IMG/VR virus record: IMGVR_UViG_3300001605_000010
Location: 1 to 64,000 of that record
Strand: one strand, 5' to 3'
DNA length: 64,000 bases
Origin: an uncultured virus (IMG/VR IMGVR_UViG_3300001605_000010)
Taxonomy: Duplodnaviria > Heunggongvirae > Uroviricota > Caudoviricetes
Shown here: piece after piece, positions 9,173-19,256 of the stretch
How positions within the stretch are numbered: the stretch's first letter is position 1
Layout: each line of letters starts with the position of its first letter
Program-made: the position numbers and the translations under genes
Notes under the pieces: generated by a model
What the model saw: the letters and a program-made list of their open reading frames with translations, nothing else
The model's database searches: none
What the model was told of the DNA's origin: nothing

Positions 9173-9980
9173 GATTCCAAGATTTCCACATATGACGATT
9201 GCCAGAAGTCAGCAGCAGCATCATGTGCTGGTTGTAAGGGATGCAACAAAGGCGTTATCTCAAATCCCTTGTGTTCGGCCCATTCGAGAAAGGTAAGACC
9301 ATCAAAACTTTTTAGTTGAGATCTTGTGAGTGCTCTTAATGACTTAATGTAAGCGGGTTCGATGTTGTCAAACGAGTGATTGACTTCGTTTTGTATTTCG
9401 ACTGGCAAAGTATCGAGATCTTTTTCTCTAGAAATTTCTGGCCACGATGGATCTTTATAGGCATGATAATGTTCTAATTTGGGGTAAGTTAGGATACCAT
9501 AAACTTCTGATCCATGTAGGTCTGTATGTTTTTAATACCCAATGATTCGAGGAATTTCTGCACAGAATATATTGATGATAAACCTACGGAGTTTGTTCCA
9601 GTGGGCAGATGGTTCCATATATTCTTGATAAAAACCTAATTAGTGTTTGGGCTTCAGCATCATTGACTAAACCCTTTAGATTTTAATCAGGCACGCAGGT
9701 AGGACCTAGTCCTATCCATTTGTCGCATTTGTTTAATATAAAAACTCCCAACGCATACTCCAGGTCCAGTTAATGACTACCAGAGTATCATCGTGCTGCT
9801 GTGAAAGATCAAAACTAATCGAATATCTGTTGGGCAATATACTCATTTACCGCATCCGGCCATGGCTCTTATATCAAAATCGCATCCAAGCCTTTGGGCG
9901 AGGATACCTGGCCAGGTCTGGGTGCCATCTTCTTTATCGAGTTCATTGCCCAACATGAAACTGTCACCAAAACTGATTAT
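9169..9980 (-). pseudogene. SGNH-like protein split by several frameshifts (probably sequencing errors)
   Basis: ISFGDSFMLGNEL...TWPG...GCG at the 5' end; LHPLQPAH at the 3' end; resembles 55619..56296. Confidence 0.6.
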
Positions 9981-10528
9981 CTTTGCCACCAGTCCTCCCA
10001 GGGAAAAACGATCCATTGCGGATCTTCTAGTTTGTTCACTTCCTTTGCAGTATACGATACTTCTATCTCGTTGTCACTGCTTTGGTTGTCCACAAGTACC
10101 GCGATCCTGACATTGTTTCCCCAGACATTGGCCCAATTTGTGCTGTCCGGATAACATCCGCTTTGCCAATCTTGTCGTATCCAATTTAGAGTAGCACCCG
10201 AATCGTTGATATCGTCCACGATCAAGATATTCTTCCGGGCCCCAGGGTTGTCTCTTTTCCAGGAATAGTCGTTGTCGGATTCGGAGTCTATGCCAAATGC
10301 ATCTGCTGCCATCCAACAGTTGGTCTCGCATTCTGAATTGTCCCGGAGACTGACTTTGAGAGTGTACATAGGAACATCGAGATACTGGCTGATAAGATTA
10401 GCTGGCGTCAATCCCCCGCGAGTGAGTCCTACTACATAATCCGGGCGCCACTCATCCAGTTGCATTTGTCTCAGGATTTCTTGTGTCATGGTCTGGACTT
10501 GTTGCCAGTTGATATAGGTTTTTTTCAT
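9977..10528 (-). CDS. Purine (xanthine-guanine-like) phosphoribosyltransferase
   Basis: VGLTRGGL, ILIVDDINDSGAT, WIVFPWE. Confidence 0.85.
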   Translation of the reverse strand: MKKTYINWQQVQTMTQEILRQMQLDEWRPDYVVGLTRGGLTPANLISQYLDVPMYTLKVSLRDNSECETNCWMAADAFGIDSESDNDYSWKRDNPGARKNILIVDDINDSGATLNWIRQDWQSGCYPDSTNWANVWGNNVRIAVLVDNQSSDNEIEVSYTAKEVNKLEDPQWIVFPWEDWWQR

Positions 10529-11564
10529 GAGTTACTTTCTAGGAATTCTAGTATCGGTGTGATTATCTGATGATCGTACATGAGCTGCACCACTGATTGA
10601 TCATAAAAATGATGATGATTGTGTGTTGTTTTCTGTATGGTCAGACTGTCGTATCCAGAAAAATCAAACTGACCAGCTATTTCCATCACACGATTCATAC
10701 GGTGCCGCCCATCTTCGATTCGATCATAGCTTTCGTCGAACCAGTTTTCGAACGTTTCAAACCCGTTACGCTGTAAAAAATCCAACGTGCCACGACATCC
10801 AATAACCATAAATGGATGACCAAGCTGTATAGGCTTGTAAGTTTTTTCTGTGACAAAGATCTTTCCCGGTCCTGGATTCACCACAGTTTCTACTGCAACA
10901 CTAAATGCTGTATCGTTGTACCATTCTATATTGTACTGACCGATACCCAACCGATAGGCTAGATTTTGGATGATGTTCAGGCAAGGTAATATCACGATGT
11001 AGATATGTGTAGAGATTTTGTTCCAGCAATGTCTTGAAGTTATCGGCTATATAGTCTCGTTCGGTGCGTTGCATCCTCATTAACAAAAGAAACTTACTTC
11101 CCGGGACAATAGGTACGACGCTGAAACAATGCTTGGTTATCACCGGCTGTGCCGCGAAAAACTCTGCTGTCGTGCATCCAGATAAATGTTGGCGCTTCTG
11201 AAATATTGTAATGACTGTAGTTAGAATCATTATCAGGTTGTTGATTTTCTATGCAAACCATTTGCATGACATTAACACGATCCTTCATGATTTCATTGTG
11301 TTCTGGACCACCTTCGAGCAGATTGTCAAACACGATTTTATAATCGCGATCAATTAATCTGTCAATGGTTTCTTTGTGTATACCATACTGATACTGATTG
11401 CATACAAAAACTGTTGACGAAGCATCATAAGTGATTCTGGAATCATATGATTTTACTTCGAAATGTCGATCAGTGAGCTCGCGCATTTCCGGCAAGGTCA
11501 GATTGTTGACTCCGTGAAAGTCTATCAACAGAGGTTTGATATCGGATCCTTTACCAATCACCAT
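10525..11564 (-). pseudogene. Glycosyltransferase-like protein interrupted by two frameshifts
   Basis: Three overlapping frames; C-terminal VAVET...VTEKTYKPI..GHPF...GFETFENWFDESYD. Confidence 0.55.
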
Positions 11565-12447
11565 TGGTGATGACTTCCTGTATACCATCCTCAAACCGCA
11601 TGGGATCGTAAGAAGGCATGATGGATCTGAGACGAGAGATATCTGGACGTCGATTAGGAGTGCTACCCAGCAATCCAGGCAGTATAGACCAACTAGCATC
11701 TGCTCGGCCCATGGTCGAGGCTATGATTTGTGCGGCTCGATCTATGGTGATCTCTCTGTCGTTACCAATATTGATAACTTCTCGAGACGCATGTTCTGCG
11801 CAGAAAATAGTAGCCCGCACAGCATCTTGTACATGGCAGAAACTGCGGGTTTCTTCTGCTCCCATGATTTCAAATACATTTTTTTTGATCTTTAAGATCT
11901 GATCTGCAACAAAATGCCCGGGTTTGCTCTGACTACCATACACATTAAAATAACGTAAAGTGATCCAGGGCAATGTACTGTTGGCTAAAAAGTTTTCAGA
12001 ACATATCTTGGGCAATCGATAACTCCATCGGGCGTTGTGGATGTCTTGGATAGTGATATCTCGTTTTTCTGTCACAGGTGATTCGGGATCGCCGCTTACA
12101 ATCTCCGAAGTGCTGGCATACACAAACCGTTTTAAATTTCGTTGATACCCGGCGATGCGGAACAAGTTAAAATCTCCCTGCATGTTGTTCCATAACACAT
12201 GATTGGGCCGTTCGTAGAAGTTTTTTGTGCCGTTGATAGCGCTGTAGTGATAGATCATGTCAAAATCATCTGCAAATTCCACCCGGGGGTCAGCAAGATC
12301 AGCCTGGATAAACTCATCACTGGGAGGAGTAAGATGTCCGCGACTGAGATTGTCCACCGCCCATACCTCATGCCCGGCTTGCTTTAGTTGTCGGCAAAGT
12401 TCAAATCCCAGCAGCCCACTGGCTCCGGTTACAAGTGTTTTCATCAA
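11551..12447 (-). CDS. NAD-dependent epimerase/dehydratase
   Basis: VTGASGLLG, YRLPK, RYFNVYG, RSFCHVQD. Confidence 0.9.
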   Translation of the reverse strand: MMKTLVTGASGLLGFELCRQLKQAGHEVWAVDNLSRGHLTPPSDEFIQADLADPRVEFADDFDMIYHYSAINGTKNFYERPNHVLWNNMQGDFNLFRIAGYQRNLKRFVYASTSEIVSGDPESPVTEKRDITIQDIHNARWSYRLPKICSENFLANSTLPWITLRYFNVYGSQSKPGHFVADQILKIKKNVFEIMGAEETRSFCHVQDAVRATIFCAEHASREVINIGNDREITIDRAAQIIASTMGRADASWSILPGLLGSTPNRRPDISRLRSIMPSYDPMRFEDGIQEVITNGDW

Positions 12448-13211
12448 AATTTCTCGTTGTCGTTGATCACAGATTGTATTAGTGTAAAATCCAATTCCAG
12501 ATCTTTTATGAGATTATTCCATGCTGCTGTGTCTTTAGGCAAGCAGTGGCCCCCGTATCCTCGCATGTTTCGGTTTGCCATCAAATAATCTGAATTGATA
12601 CAATCCCTCTTGGTAATAGCATTGTACACGTTCATGTAATTAGCGCCAAGTCTTTCACATACTTCATAGGTGATATTGGCAAAAGTAACTTGCATGGCAT
12701 GATGTACATTGTTGAAATATTTGACCACTTCGGCTTCAGTGGGGGCAACCTGTACTGTGTACTTGGGATAGAACCCATGTGCTCGTTTCACCAGTTCAAA
12801 GTCAGACTCAGATTCGGTGCCTACCACCAAGAGGTCGTGATTATGGATAAAATCTGCCAGGGCTGTTTTGGCTCTGAGGAACTCTGGTACTGCGGCCATG
12901 CGCTGCTGGGGAAAAGATTTTCTCAGGCGTTCTGTGGTACCAGGTATCACAGTGCTCTTGATGCAGATCAGACCCCGATATCCTGCCGAATCGAGCTCGC
13001 GTACGGATGATTCCACAATGGAAGTATCACAATCTCCACCGGGCAGCTGGTTAGTGGGCACACAGATAAAAACCATCTCGGTACTCAGCACATCTTCTAG
13101 TTTTGACTCAGGATATGCTGGGTCATAAAAACTCATGGCATGGCCTAGATATTCCAGTCCTTCGTACACAGCCTTGCCCACGGTGCCGCGACCAATCAAT
13201 CCTATTTTCAT
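12444..13211 (-). CDS. UDP-glucose/GDP-mannose dehydrogenase family (short form)
   Basis: GRGTVG, ICVPT, KSTVIPGT, PEFLR, GYGGHCLPKD. Confidence 0.85.
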   Translation of the reverse strand: MKIGLIGRGTVGKAVYEGLEYLGHAMSFYDPAYPESKLEDVLSTEMVFICVPTNQLPGGDCDTSIVESSVRELDSAGYRGLICIKSTVIPGTTERLRKSFPQQRMAAVPEFLRAKTALADFIHNHDLLVVGTESESDFELVKRAHGFYPKYTVQVAPTEAEVVKYFNNVHHAMQVTFANITYEVCERLGANYMNVYNAITKRDCINSDYLMANRNMRGYGGHCLPKDTAAWNNLIKDLELDFTLIQSVINDNEKF

Positions 13212-13805
13212 TTATTGCTCCTTGTATTTCATTCGTATCATCGACGATTCCCCAACAGCACTGATCCTATCTGCTACTACCTGCGCTACATCCCGAGGAT
13301 CTAGCATGTTTGGTGAAGTATCGTTTTTCATCATCCTGGTTCGTGTTTTCACTGGATGGATGATGTCTATGGTGATATTGGTGTTTTCGAATTTTTCGCT
13401 GGCTCCCTGCCATAGATTGTGTAGGGCCGCTTTGCTGGCAGCATACAGCATGTAGTTGCGTCTCCCGGATTCGTAGGCGCTGGATCCCAGCATGATGATC
13501 TTGATAGGCTTACTGACCTGTTGCATCTGTTCGAGATAGTAGCGTATGATGCTCCAGTTGCTGCCTACATTGACATCAAACATTTCGTGATGTGTGACAT
13601 GATCATCGTTGAATGATCCCGAGCAGTTGACAACAACATCGGGTTCATGAATAGTCAGTAGTCGTCTCACTCGAGAGTCGCTGTCAGAAACAGCAAAATT
13701 GACTTGATTCCGGTCACACTCAATTATCTGGGCACTGTCGCTCAGAGCTGTTACCACTGCTGAACCGATACCACCAGTGGATCCAAATATCATGATCTTT
13801 TTCAT
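13212..13805 (-). CDS. Short-chain dehydrogenase/reductase
   Basis: GSTGGIG, YAASKAA. Confidence 0.85.
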   Translation of the reverse strand: MKKIMIFGSTGGIGSAVVTALSDSAQIIECDRNQVNFAVSDSDSRVRRLLTIHEPDVVVNCSGSFNDDHVTHHEMFDVNVGSNWSIIRYYLEQMQQVSKPIKIIMLGSSAYESGRRNYMLYAASKAALHNLWQGASEKFENTNITIDIIHPVKTRTRMMKNDTSPNMLDPRDVAQVVADRISAVGESSMIRMKYKEQ

Positions 13806-14206
13806 GTGACTATGCTTTCCGTACGATGGGTGTCTTTTTCGTAATCTTCACCACCCCTAGGACCTCCAGCAAACGCGATAAATGTACAACCATCGGTACC
13901 GGCTCGCATGGCATGTATTTCGTTTGGGGGGCTGATCACAAAATCACCAGGTTGACACGCATGCGATTGTACCGGAGACGACTGATCCATGGGCTGACTG
14001 TAATAAGTCATTGACCCAGACAGAACATAAGTGTATTGTGTGGTGTGCTTGTGGTAGTGATTCCCCCGGACAGCACCGGGTTGATTGGTGATGATACAGC
14101 CATGATTGATATCCAATCCGTAAAAGATATCTTTTATCACACCCCGATCATCTTGGAATTCGCCCAGTTTGGGTTCAGCGTTTTGATTGATGTTATAGAC
14201 TTTCAT
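13802..14206 (-). CDS. Cupin, NDP-sugar isomerase/epimerase-like
   Basis: DDRG, RGNHYH, PNEIHAM. Confidence 0.8.
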   Translation of the reverse strand: MKVYNINQNAEPKLGEFQDDRGVIKDIFYGLDINHGCIITNQPGAVRGNHYHKHTTQYTYVLSGSMTYYSQPMDQSSPVQSHACQPGDFVISPPNEIHAMRAGTDGCTFIAFAGGPRGGEDYEKDTHRTESIVT

Positions 14207-15426
14207 TGCGAAATAAACCTTGTGTTGGGATTGATCGCCAGCAGTGCTTGCCGGAGAGATTCTCCTATGTTCCAGCTCAGTATCAGAGCATAGGGACTTG
14301 AATGATTGGCAAATTCATGATCATCCACGATGGGTATGCGAGTGAGCGGAGTGTATTTGCCTTGCTTGTGTGTGCTGGCATCGGTTATAGCTCGTATCAC
14401 TGATCGATCAAGACCATGCCAGGTCAGCCAGGTATTGGCCTTGGCTGCGGCCCCTACTCCAATCACTACAGCATCGGGCTCATTGGAGAGAGTTTGATAA
14501 AAATCTCGTAGCCAGCGTGTTTTTTGTTGTGTGAGTCCGCGCATGACTTGATGATAAAAGTCTCGATCAAACAGTCCAATGTTGCATTCACGATGCATGG
14601 CTTGATTGACTTCAACTGGTATCTCGGATCCACGATCATGCCGTGCAGTGATCCGCAAACTACCGCCATGGTAATCAACTATCTGGAAATCAACGATTTC
14701 TAGACCTGCCTGTTTCATGAGATTCCATGCACTGCGCACAGTGAAATAACTCACATGTTCGTGGTAGATCATGTCCGGGAACCTATCGCACTGCATCATC
14801 TCCAGCCAATATGGTACCTCAAACACAAATACCCCACTCGGAGACAATATCTTTGTTACCGCTCTTACAAAAGCCACAGGGTCATTAGCATGATTCAACA
14901 CATTGTTGGCTATGACAAGATCTGCCGTACCGTGATTGTTGATCACTGCGTCTGCGGTGTGGTCATCAAACACTGCCTGGCGGGTGAGTACACCGTTATG
15001 CTGCGCGATACGACACATTTCTGCAGAGCTGTCTATGCCCAGGATTTTTTTATTATATGTCTGGAACCTGCTCAACAGGTACCCGTCATTGCTACCAATC
15101 TCTACTATCAAGCCCTGAGAACTGTGTTTTAACATAACGTCCTCGGCAAACTGATCCCAGTGCCTTCGACTCACAGCAGAATTGCTGGAAGTGTAACTGT
15201 ACTGATAGAGGTTGTAACGGTCCTCGGCAGTACTGACATAGGCCAATTGCAGATGTCCGCTGTTTCGATCCAATGCCACTTGCAAAGGAAACACCGGCTC
15301 ACTGAGATTCAGTTGGTCTTCACCAATAAAAGTATCAGCGTAGGCATGCTGACCAAGGTCCATGACTATTTCTACATCATGCCCTGATATGAATCCCTGT
15401 GTGATCTTTGTGCTGTGAGTTATCAT
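14203..15426 (-). CDS. NDP-hexose C-methyltransferase
   Basis: EIGSNDGYLL, ANNVLNH, IYHEHVSYF, YHGGSLR, GAAAKANT, LSWN. Confidence 0.85.
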   Translation of the reverse strand: MITHSTKITQGFISGHDVEIVMDLGQHAYADTFIGEDQLNLSEPVFPLQVALDRNSGHLQLAYVSTAEDRYNLYQYSYTSSNSAVSRRHWDQFAEDVMLKHSSQGLIVEIGSNDGYLLSRFQTYNKKILGIDSSAEMCRIAQHNGVLTRQAVFDDHTADAVINNHGTADLVIANNVLNHANDPVAFVRAVTKILSPSGVFVFEVPYWLEMMQCDRFPDMIYHEHVSYFTVRSAWNLMKQAGLEIVDFQIVDYHGGSLRITARHDRGSEIPVEVNQAMHRECNIGLFDRDFYHQVMRGLTQQKTRWLRDFYQTLSNEPDAVVIGVGAAAKANTWLTWHGLDRSVIRAITDASTHKQGKYTPLTRIPIVDDHEFANHSSPYALILSWNIGESLRQALLAINPNTRFISQ

Positions 15427-16250
15427 GTAGATTTTCTTATCGATACAGATTTTACAAAAGTCAGGCCGTTGGGGTCATTGGCTCTGAGTTTCACCCATGG
15501 ATCAATCTTCCCGGCACGCACGTCTTTCCAATAGGACATGTCATGTCCCAGGGATTCGAGATAATCTGCCAATCGCTGACAATCATTGATCCTGGCCAGA
15601 ACCTGATTGGAGTTATGAAAATCTCTGGGATCCGCGGGATTGCCTTCAAATGTTATTTTTTTCTTCTGGGTCGCATCGTGGTTATTGCCAGTGAGATCGA
15701 ATCGATCGTGTGTGACTTCTATGTCAATGTTTTCCAAGATGTCCAGACAGTAGGCATTTTGGCTGAGTTCGGCGTCGATCATCTGATGCCGACTGGCAAA
15801 CCCAAAAACATCGTACCAGGCCCTGGGCCATATGGGAAAGATACTGTAGGGATGCTCTCGATGGGTGCGCACCCTAAACAGTCGGAATCTATCGCTACGT
15901 TCTTTGATGCGCAGATCCCAATACCGAGTTGTCATGATAGCATCATCGTTCCAGGCAAACAACCAAGTGCCGTTGCTGTGCTCTGCTAATTTATTGTAGT
16001 AGATGTTGAGATTTTCATATCCCATTGGGGGGAAAATCAATGCGGTATAATCCACGGACTTTTCTTCCAACCAAGATTGTATGACGTCAGAAAAATAACC
16101 TTGGCCCAGAGTATCATCTTCATCAAATGCCAGCATGATCTCGATGCCAGACACGTCAGAACAATGATCAATCAAGCTCTCGATGCTGGTTTTTAACGCA
16201 TCAGTCCGGCCACGTGTGGGCAACATCACTGATAAAAAATGATCAGACAT
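15423..16250 (-). CDS. Glycosyltransferase family 2-like
   Basis: SVMLPTRGR, WNDD (DxD-like). Confidence 0.7.
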   Translation of the reverse strand: MSDHFLSVMLPTRGRTDALKTSIESLIDHCSDVSGIEIMLAFDEDDTLGQGYFSDVIQSWLEEKSVDYTALIFPPMGYENLNIYYNKLAEHSNGTWLFAWNDDAIMTTRYWDLRIKERSDRFRLFRVRTHREHPYSIFPIWPRAWYDVFGFASRHQMIDAELSQNAYCLDILENIDIEVTHDRFDLTGNNHDATQKKKITFEGNPADPRDFHNSNQVLARINDCQRLADYLESLGHDMSYWKDVRAGKIDPWVKLRANDPNGLTFVKSVSIRKST

Positions 16251-17499
16251 GTGGTTTCCTGGGACGAGAATCACCATAGTGTATCACTGTGATGCCAGGA
16301 ATGTCTGGAGTGCTACGCCAAGGATCCACGATCACTGATCCCAGTGGGATAGGACAGTAGGTACTTTCGTTCAGCTGTTGACCAGTATATCCATAGGTCA
16401 CGTGTCGATTGTGTGCCAGCAGCACCACCGCAGGATCTGTGATCTCTGCTACACAATCTTCTCGATCGTCAGCCCGGGGATCTATGTAGTAGACTCGATG
16501 CCCACGTCGTTTGATATAGTGTGCGATCAAAGTAGAATAGGAACCGATACAGTAAGGCACATCGGGTTTATAGGCTTTGCCATGGATATAAATGGGAACA
16601 TATCCGTTGTTGATTGATTGGCGGATCAAGAAAGTAGCAAGATTTTCAGCCTGACGTTCGCGAGCCAGCATGATGGTATCAAAAAGATCATACCCAATGT
16701 CATACTCTTGAGCCAGCCAACGCAGCGCGATGTTGTCTCGGGGATGGCAAGCACCTGCATCGCCCATGCCAGCAGTCATGTACTTGGGTCCCATGATCCG
16801 CATGGTGCTGCGTGACAGTGCATCTGTTACCACATCTACATTGATATGCCCGATGCGCATGGCAAAGTCCTGTATCATGTTCACCAGCCCAACCTTGGCA
16901 GAGATAAAGGTATTGTAGAAGATCTTGATGGCTTCGCATTCTTCCCAGGTACCGATCTCATAGCGGGGATTGTTTTGCATAATTTCTTGATAGATCTCTA
17001 CCAGCTCATTGGCCAGATCATTGATGTTGCCATCTTCGGTACCGATCATGACCATCTCAGGATTGACCATGTCCCATTTTACTGATCCCATGGCGATGAG
17101 ATAAGGATTATAAAGGAACTGATGTTGGCGGTCCAGGAGATCAAAAAAATGCCGTCGTGTAGTACCAGGCAGCACTGTGGATATCAATACTACTTTTTTA
17201 GGAGAACTGGCGTGCTGGTTGATCAATCCGATCGCATCTTTTACCGCGTCGTGTCCAAAATCTCGGGGCGGCATGTGACTCGAAGGGACCGACCCATCGT
17301 AACCTGATTCATGTGGAGTAGGTACAGCAACAAAGATCCAGTCACTGTGTTCTATCACATCCTGCGCTGAACCAATCATCACCGTGTCGCTGGATCTCGC
17401 CGAGATATCATAGCCACGTACTTCAAACTTTTCTGCAAAAACTTCAGCACAGTCCAAACCCAACTTGCCCAGGCCGATAAAACCAATTCTTTTTTTCAT
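16243..17499 (-). CDS. UDP-glucose 6-dehydrogenase family
   Basis: GLGKLG, AVPTP, ISTVLPGT, YNPY, GACHPRD, GKAYKP. Confidence 0.9.
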   Translation of the reverse strand: MKKRIGFIGLGKLGLDCAEVFAEKFEVRGYDISARSSDTVMIGSAQDVIEHSDWIFVAVPTPHESGYDGSVPSSHMPPRDFGHDAVKDAIGLINQHASSPKKVVLISTVLPGTTRRHFFDLLDRQHQFLYNPYLIAMGSVKWDMVNPEMVMIGTEDGNINDLANELVEIYQEIMQNNPRYEIGTWEECEAIKIFYNTFISAKVGLVNMIQDFAMRIGHINVDVVTDALSRSTMRIMGPKYMTAGMGDAGACHPRDNIALRWLAQEYDIGYDLFDTIMLARERQAENLATFLIRQSINNGYVPIYIHGKAYKPDVPYCIGSYSTLIAHYIKRRGHRVYYIDPRADDREDCVAEITDPAVVLLAHNRHVTYGYTGQQLNESTYCPIPLGSVIVDPWRSTPDIPGITVIHYGDSRPRKPHV

Positions 17500-17509
17500 T
17501 GATGATCTT

Positions 17510-18013
17510 TCAATCAAACAGATTTTCGTTCCACTCTCGGTGACCTTCTCTCCAGGCCATGTTAGATTGCGTTTCTCTGACTTCTACACGGAAACACCAG
17601 AGTCGAGCAGCTTCAGAAGGCCCCCACATATCTGGTATGTATACACCATTCACATACTTATAAAGCATGTCTGACAAGCCCTCACATCCTAGTTTCGGCA
17701 ACACAGTGAGCTTGGCCATGTTTTTAGACTGCAGCAATTTAAAGGTTTCTAGTTCTGGGTCGTCCTCGGCTACCAGCAAAGTGTGATCAAACTGATCTTC
17801 TAGGATTCCTTTGAGTTCTTTGAGGCCGCCATAGTCAGCTGCCCAATTGCGTACATCTAAGTCGTTGGTGCCAAAGAAAAATTTCATCGAGAATGAGTAG
17901 CCGTGGATTAGATTGCAGTGGCTATCCGCACGCCATTGCCGATAAGCACAGGGAAATGCATCGTGATATTCTTTGGTTGAAACGTATTTGTAAGTCACTG
18001 GTTGGAATGCCAT
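17510..18013 (-). CDS. queD: 6-carboxy-5,6,7,8-tetrahydropterin synthase
   Basis: HCNLIHGYS, DYGGLK, QFDHTLL, EVRET; start at ATG 18013 after AGGAG. Confidence 0.85.
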   Translation of the reverse strand: MAFQPVTYKYVSTKEYHDAFPCAYRQWRADSHCNLIHGYSFSMKFFFGTNDLDVRNWAADYGGLKELKGILEDQFDHTLLVAEDDPELETFKLLQSKNMAKLTVLPKLGCEGLSDMLYKYVNGVYIPDMWGPSEAARLWCFRVEVRETQSNMAWREGHREWNENLFD

Positions 18014-18098
18014 ATAGTCTCCTATGTTAGATTTTAGCATAGGCGGCAGAATTTATCAAGCGGGAATGACGCCAAGACCGCTGCAAACAACTACTTAT
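18014..18098 (-). promoter_or_regulatory. Structured 5' leader of queD (late-type promoter, pseudoknot, RBS-sequestering hairpin)
   Basis: ATAAGTA; AGCGG/CCGCT stem whose loop GGCG pairs with downstream CGCC; CCTATG/CATAGG hairpin covers part of AGGAG. Confidence 0.55.
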
Positions 18099-18486
18099 CT
18101 TGTGATGGTACATACCCGGGGTTTTTATAATTCTGCTGAGTTGGGATCACTCCACGCACACCACCGGTGGGATCTGCACAGTCTCCCACTCTCCTGGGTA
18201 TCAAGTGTACATGGGGATACATCACGGTCTGTCCCGCAGATTTGCCACGATTGATACCTACATTGTATCCATCACACTCTCCAGATTCCACCAAGAAATC
18301 TCCTACTTCCAGGGCCGACTCAAAACAGTCCATGATGCAGCGTGAGGTGTTGCGTTTTGGTACAAACAGCAGATGTCCGTAGGTCACTGGATATGCATCT
18401 TTGAAGATCACATAGGAAGACTCTTCCCTCAGGACATCGGTCCAGGGTGCTATTTCTTTTCTTTGTGCTTGTTCTAGATCGGTCAT
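18091..18486 (-). CDS. HIT family hydrolase
   Basis: DAYPVTYGHLL, AGQTVMYPHVHLIPR. Confidence 0.9.
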   Translation of the reverse strand: MTDLEQAQRKEIAPWTDVLREESSYVIFKDAYPVTYGHLLFVPKRNTSRCIMDCFESALEVGDFLVESGECDGYNVGINRGKSAGQTVMYPHVHLIPRRVGDCADPTGGVRGVIPTQQNYKNPGYVPSQDK

Positions 18487-19178
18487 CTTGGAGCAAAATC
18501 CTGCTGGAGTTTGATGTTATCAAAAAACTCTTTTTTAGTTCCAGGATCTGATTTGAATGTTCCTTTCAACACCGTGGTCTGTGTGAGACTAGAGTGTGCC
18601 ATGATACCTCGATTCTCACAGCAACCATGTGTGGCCTGTATGTAAACGCCTACGTCTTGAGCGTCCGTGGCTTTTTGTATTTCGCGAGCGATGTCGTTGG
18701 CCAGTTCTTCTTGTAGCGTTCCTCGACGAGCGCACCATTGAGCGATGCGAGTATACTTTGAAAGACCAATGAGTTTATTGGCAGCGATGATTCCGATATA
18801 AGCCACCCCAGCAACCGGTTGATGATGATGGCTACACATACTGCGCAACTCACTGCGTACCACCAACATGCCTTCGTATCTATCTGCTGAATCATTGGGA
18901 AAGGCAGTGCAATCTGGGGCAGGTTCATAGCGCCCGGCCATGATCTCATTGAAATACATCTTGGCCAAGCGGCGTGCTGTGCCTTGGCTGTTGGGATCTG
19001 TTTCGCGATCGATCAACAGGGTATCTAGTACCTTTTCAAATGCCGCAGTGGCTTCGTCGATGAGAAATTCTCGATCTGACCAATGGATGTATTCTGATAC
19101 ATTATCGCCGGCCCAGAATCTCTTGCCGTCGCGTCGCATGCGTTCTCTTAGTGCTTGTGATAGATTTTTTTCTTGCAT
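18483..19178 (-). CDS. folE: GTP cyclohydrolase I
   Basis: SMCSHH, GLSKYTR, LQE, HGCCENRG. Confidence 0.95.
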   Translation of the reverse strand: MQEKNLSQALRERMRRDGKRFWAGDNVSEYIHWSDREFLIDEATAAFEKVLDTLLIDRETDPNSQGTARRLAKMYFNEIMAGRYEPAPDCTAFPNDSADRYEGMLVVRSELRSMCSHHHQPVAGVAYIGIIAANKLIGLSKYTRIAQWCARRGTLQEELANDIAREIQKATDAQDVGVYIQATHGCCENRGIMAHSSLTQTTVLKGTFKSDPGTKKEFFDNIKLQQDFAPR

Positions 19179-19227
19179 AGTTTCTCCGAGTTATTTGTTG
19201 TGGTCGAGGATGACCAATGTTGTTGCT

Positions 19228-19256
19228 ATTTTAAGATGATATTTAGACAAAGTCAA
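19228..19256 (-). promoter_or_regulatory. Sigma70-type promoter with embedded TAAATA late element for folE
   Basis: TTGACT-17 nt-TAAAAT; CTAAATA lies in the spacer. Confidence 0.65.

Noticed and set aside
9169..11564. Programmed frameshifting in the SGNH-like and GT-like genes (also clpA N-terminus and 48873..49035)
   Set aside because: Multiple scattered indels without clear slippery sites, in an assembly with N bases; sequencing error or decay is simpler.
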